Shown here in pieces: positions 60,901-64,000 of a stretch of 64,000 nt of DNA (the first letter of the stretch is position 1; each line of letters starts with the position of its first letter). Source of the DNA: Bilabrum cf. latius (Eukaryota); assembly GCA_965178125.1 (NCBI GenBank), contig OZ237764.1:434001-498000 (forward strand), given 5' to 3'. Made by a program: the position numbers and the translations under genes. Below the pieces are notes generated by a model that was given only the letters and a program-made list of their open reading frames with translations, made no database searches and was not told where the DNA came from.

Positions 60901-63900
60901 GATCGAGCCCCGATGGTGCTCGCCTCCGCAACGGCCCTCTGCTGGCGCGCCTCTGCCCGCGCGGACGCCCTGCTCCGATCGATGGATGCCTCAATTGCGG
61001 AGGGTCGTGCTAGGGGTACCAAGATCGCAGCCATGGCCGTCGCTGCGGACGGAGCGTCGGCCGTGCTGGCGGCCTCGAGCGTGTCCGGGCACCTGACGGG
61101 CTGGCGGCGGCAGTGCCGGGCGGGACTGGTCCTGGCGCGTGAGCTGCTTTCTGCCGGGGCACACAGGGCCGCGGTCTCAGCGGCGAGGCGGGCCTTGGAG
61201 GCTGCGGAACTAGGTCGCGGCGCCGCGGCGGAGGAGGCCGTGGGGCAGCTGGCCAGGGAGCGGGCGACGGGCGCGAAGGGGGCTGACGAGTGCTGGCAGG
61301 AGGCGGCCGCGCTGGCGCTGCAGTGCACTGCAGGCGGCATGTGGACGTCGGACGAGGGTCCGCTGCGGGCCGGTCCCACGGAGAGGCACCTTCACGAACG
61401 TTCGCAGAGCGAGGGCGGCCAGGGCACCAAGCCGGGCCACGGGCCCACTGGCAGGGACTCGCGGGCCGTGGGCCCCGGCCAGGTGGCTTCGCAGGAGGCC
61501 GCGTGCCTGCACTTTGACGCGGTTGCAACCTATCTCAGGGCACAGATGGCCTCGGCCGCAGCGGCGCAGGCGCAGAGGGACAGCCTCCGCGAGCCCCCGC
61601 CGTCGGACCCGGTCGCAAGGGCTGCGCACACGCGCGCCAAGAGGCGACTGGAGCTGGCGGCGGCTGGGGCGGGCCGCGTCAGGCGCGGGGCCTCCGCCAT
61701 TGGGAGGCAGAGGAGGGCCGATTCCGAGGACGATTCCGAGGACGAGGAGGGGCAGGAGGGACGAGCGGGTGCTGGCGCTGATGGTGTGACGAGTGAGGAG
61801 TCGGGGGACCCCTGGGGCCCCGCTGCCTCTGGACCTGACGAGGCCTCCCTCATGGCCTTGCGGGCGTGGGCGGGGGGGGACGCAGGCTGCCTTGCTCTGG
61901 TGCACTTGTGTGCCCTGAGGTACGACCGGTCCCCAGCTCAACGGCTAGATCGGCTGGAGGAGGCCTTGCGATGCGCCGACACGGCGGCCGAGCTTGCCGC
62001 CCGCGTGCGGCAGTGCAGTGCAGCTTTGGTGCTGGACGCAGCGGGGGACGTGGACGTGTCACGCCTGCAGCGGGGATCGAACCTGGGCGGGACGCAGGGG
62101 TCTGAACCTGAACCGCTCCTGTTGGCCCGGTGGGGCGGCGGCGCTGCATTCCTGGTCGCAAGACCCGGAGCCGCAGGATCATCATCCTCATCGTCATCCT
62201 CATCGTCATCGCTCGGGAGCTCTGCAGGAGAGAGAGAAGCAATCGATGGGTCGGCGAGCTCCGCCTGGTGCTCCCCTCGACGGGCGGGGGCCTGGGTGTG
62301 GTGCAGGGAGGGACGGGCCAGTGTGACGAGTGGCGGACAGCGGGGAAGGCAGGACCAAGGTGAGGGAGCCGGGTCGGGTGGCAGCGGAACCTCGTCGGGC
62401 GCCGCGCAATCGATCGGAGGCGGTGGACTTGAATCGGTCGCCCGCGGGCAGGCAGAGCTCGCCGGGTCTGGACCGTCGTGCCCGGTTGCAACCACGTTCC
62501 TCATGCCCGAGCACGGCAGCAGCAGGAACACCACCCACGGGAAGGCAGAGAATGCACCCGGAGGCCACCGCGAACGTTCGCCAGGGTTCGCCCAGCGGCA
62601 CGTGGTGTGCGTGCTGCGGGGAGGCAGGAGCAGGCAGACCGTGTTCGTGGCAGCCGACGGGGCCGGATACCCGGAGCCGAAAACATCCCAGCAGCCCGTG
62701 GTGCTGTCTAGCCCCCTGCCCCTTTGCATGGTATGGGGAGCCGTGGCGATGGAGGCCTGGAGGTGCGGCGAGGCAGGGTTGGCACGGCGCGCGGCGATGC
62801 GGGCGGCGGCGCCCTTCCTTCTGGTGGGTCCCCCGCGACCTTCACTCTCCGCAGTAACCGCCGGGGCGCAGCTCGCGCTGTCGGCGGGGCTGGTGCAGCG
62901 CACTGCGGCGCAGATCGCCAGCTAGCTGCCCTGGTGGCTGATCGTGCTGTCTGCCACGGCGGAGGGCGGGGCCGCCATCGGCTCCGGGATCGGCGAGGCC
63001 GGCCTGGGTCTACCGGGCGGGGGGACAGCGGGCGCAGCGTGGGAGTCGCAGTCGGGCGCGAGGCATCGCCTGGAGGCGGAAGAGGACGTCAAGACCAAAT
63101 GGAGGTGGGACGCCTGGGACTCTGACCGGGCTGGCTGGGGAACAAGAGGGCCGGCGGTGCACCCGCAGCTGGGGTACCACTCCGGCGCCCTGGCGCAGCC
63201 CATTAATCGCACTCGTCACACCGTCGATCTCACCCGGGCCCAGGGACCCTACGTCGACCCGCCCATCGGCGGGTACCCCGGGCCTGCCCCGGCGGAGAGT
63301 GATGGTCGTCATGGTCAGTCGTCCCCCACGGACCGCAGGCGTGTGGGTCTGCCCGCCCACGCCCCGACGAACCACAGGGGATGGGCCGCCAGCGCGCGCA
63401 GGCTCCATCGGTGGTACACGGGGTCGTGGTCCCATGCCCAGCGGCCTGTGCGAGCAGACGGGGGTCCCGCCTCTGCGGCGGAGGCCTCCCGACTCGCTGG
63501 AATGTCGCCCGCGGCGCGATTCGCCGCCGCCGCCTGTCGGCGGTGCGCCACGGCGGCTGCCGCGCTCGAGGCGGCGGCTCTGGGCCTCGCACCCACCGCT
63601 GGGGAACAAGCCCTCGCCGCGCTGGTCACTGCAGCCACGCCGCTCCTCGCGATCGGGTCCTAGGAGAGTGTGACGAGTGCGCTGCTGCAGCCGTGCCTGC
63701 GGGCGTGGGCGGCGGTGGGCTCCCTGGCCCGGGACACGCTGCAGTTCAGTGCACGCGGGAGGTCGCAGGTGCTGCGCGCTATGGTCGCACGGCTTGGTCT
63801 GCTGGTGGCGCACGCGAGCGCTGGGTAGGGCCTGTCTGGCGCGTCTGGGGGCGGGGCGGGTGCAGCTCTCGCGCGTTGGCAGAGAGAGGTTGCGACCGGC

Positions 63901-64000
63901 GGTGCGGGTGCAGGCGTGGGATCGGATCAGCTGCCCCGCGGTGCCTCTGGCCCTGCTGGACTGAGCCTCGTCCGCGGCGGCGATGAGATCGGATCAGCAT
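56931..64000 (+). CDS. Very large Ala/Gly-rich helical protein, CFAP54-like N-terminus; intron 57249..57471; runs off window
   Basis: ATG 56931; exon 1 contains 2 TAGs. GTGAGG..TACCGCAG intron. ORF pieces in one frame joined by TAGs at 59524, 60655, 62923, 63661. LGRALSEQ..SCFDR, DPSLQ and PPLRAPRHWPWRARL recall CFAP54 (by eye). Confidence 0.55.

Larger units (their letters stand above)
86..63677. repeat. Dispersed non-palindromic 10-mer GTGTGACGAG (extended GGTGTGACGAGTG), at least 25 exact copies
   Basis: Plus strand: 86, 101, 488, 9602, 20051, 20126, 21125, 23552, 37921, 52420, 53191, 61784, 62321, 63668. Minus strand (CTCGTCACAC): 11520, 12861, 17247, 20553, 20940, 21395, 21537, 22086, 37611, 37875, 63212. 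Confidence 0.9.

Noticed and set aside
1-64000. Interpreting the TAG-broken genes as mass pseudogenisation or sequencing error
   Set aside because: Interruptions are exclusively TAG, with no frameshifts, TAA or TGA in essential genes (COPB2, SLC12, MINDY). Decay or error would not be codon-specific.
1-64000. Pyrrolysine or ciliate-type UAR=Gln code
   Set aside because: TAG sits at Gln-conserved sites and in poly-Q tracts, not at Pyl-enzyme sites. TAA terminates RPS6 and is not seen in frame in any intact gene.

Overview
GC-rich, gene-dense, intron-poor nuclear DNA of a eukaryote, probably a flagellated protist (GT-AG introns, RPS6, COPB2, ATG13-like and CFAP54-like genes). The ORF track is misleading because the genome appears to use a variant code: TAG is a sense codon (Gln), while TAA and TGA remain stops. 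Read this way, dozens of ORF fragments join in frame into about 15 genes, all complete ones ending in TGA or TAA. TAG occupies conserved Gln positions (MINDY oxyanion Gln, threonine aldolase SGxMxQ motif, poly-Q tracts). Genes: MINDY deubiquitinase, MED22-like, PH protein, GH78 rhamnosidase, a 3226-aa sphingomyelinase-like/degenerate acyl-CoA synthetase fusion, ATG13-like, Clu-domain protein with a decaying 60-unit TPR array, TPT-family transporter, threonine aldolase-like, SLC12, COPB2, PX protein, RPS6 and CFAP54-like. A second unexplained signal is the non-palindromic 10-mer GTGTGACGAG, with at least 25 exact copies on both strands inside coding sequence. Also present: a 1.17-kb non-autonomous TIR transposon with an 8-bp TSD, a prohibitin pseudogene fragment and a 75-bp tandem array. 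All family assignments come from motif recognition by eye, not database searches.
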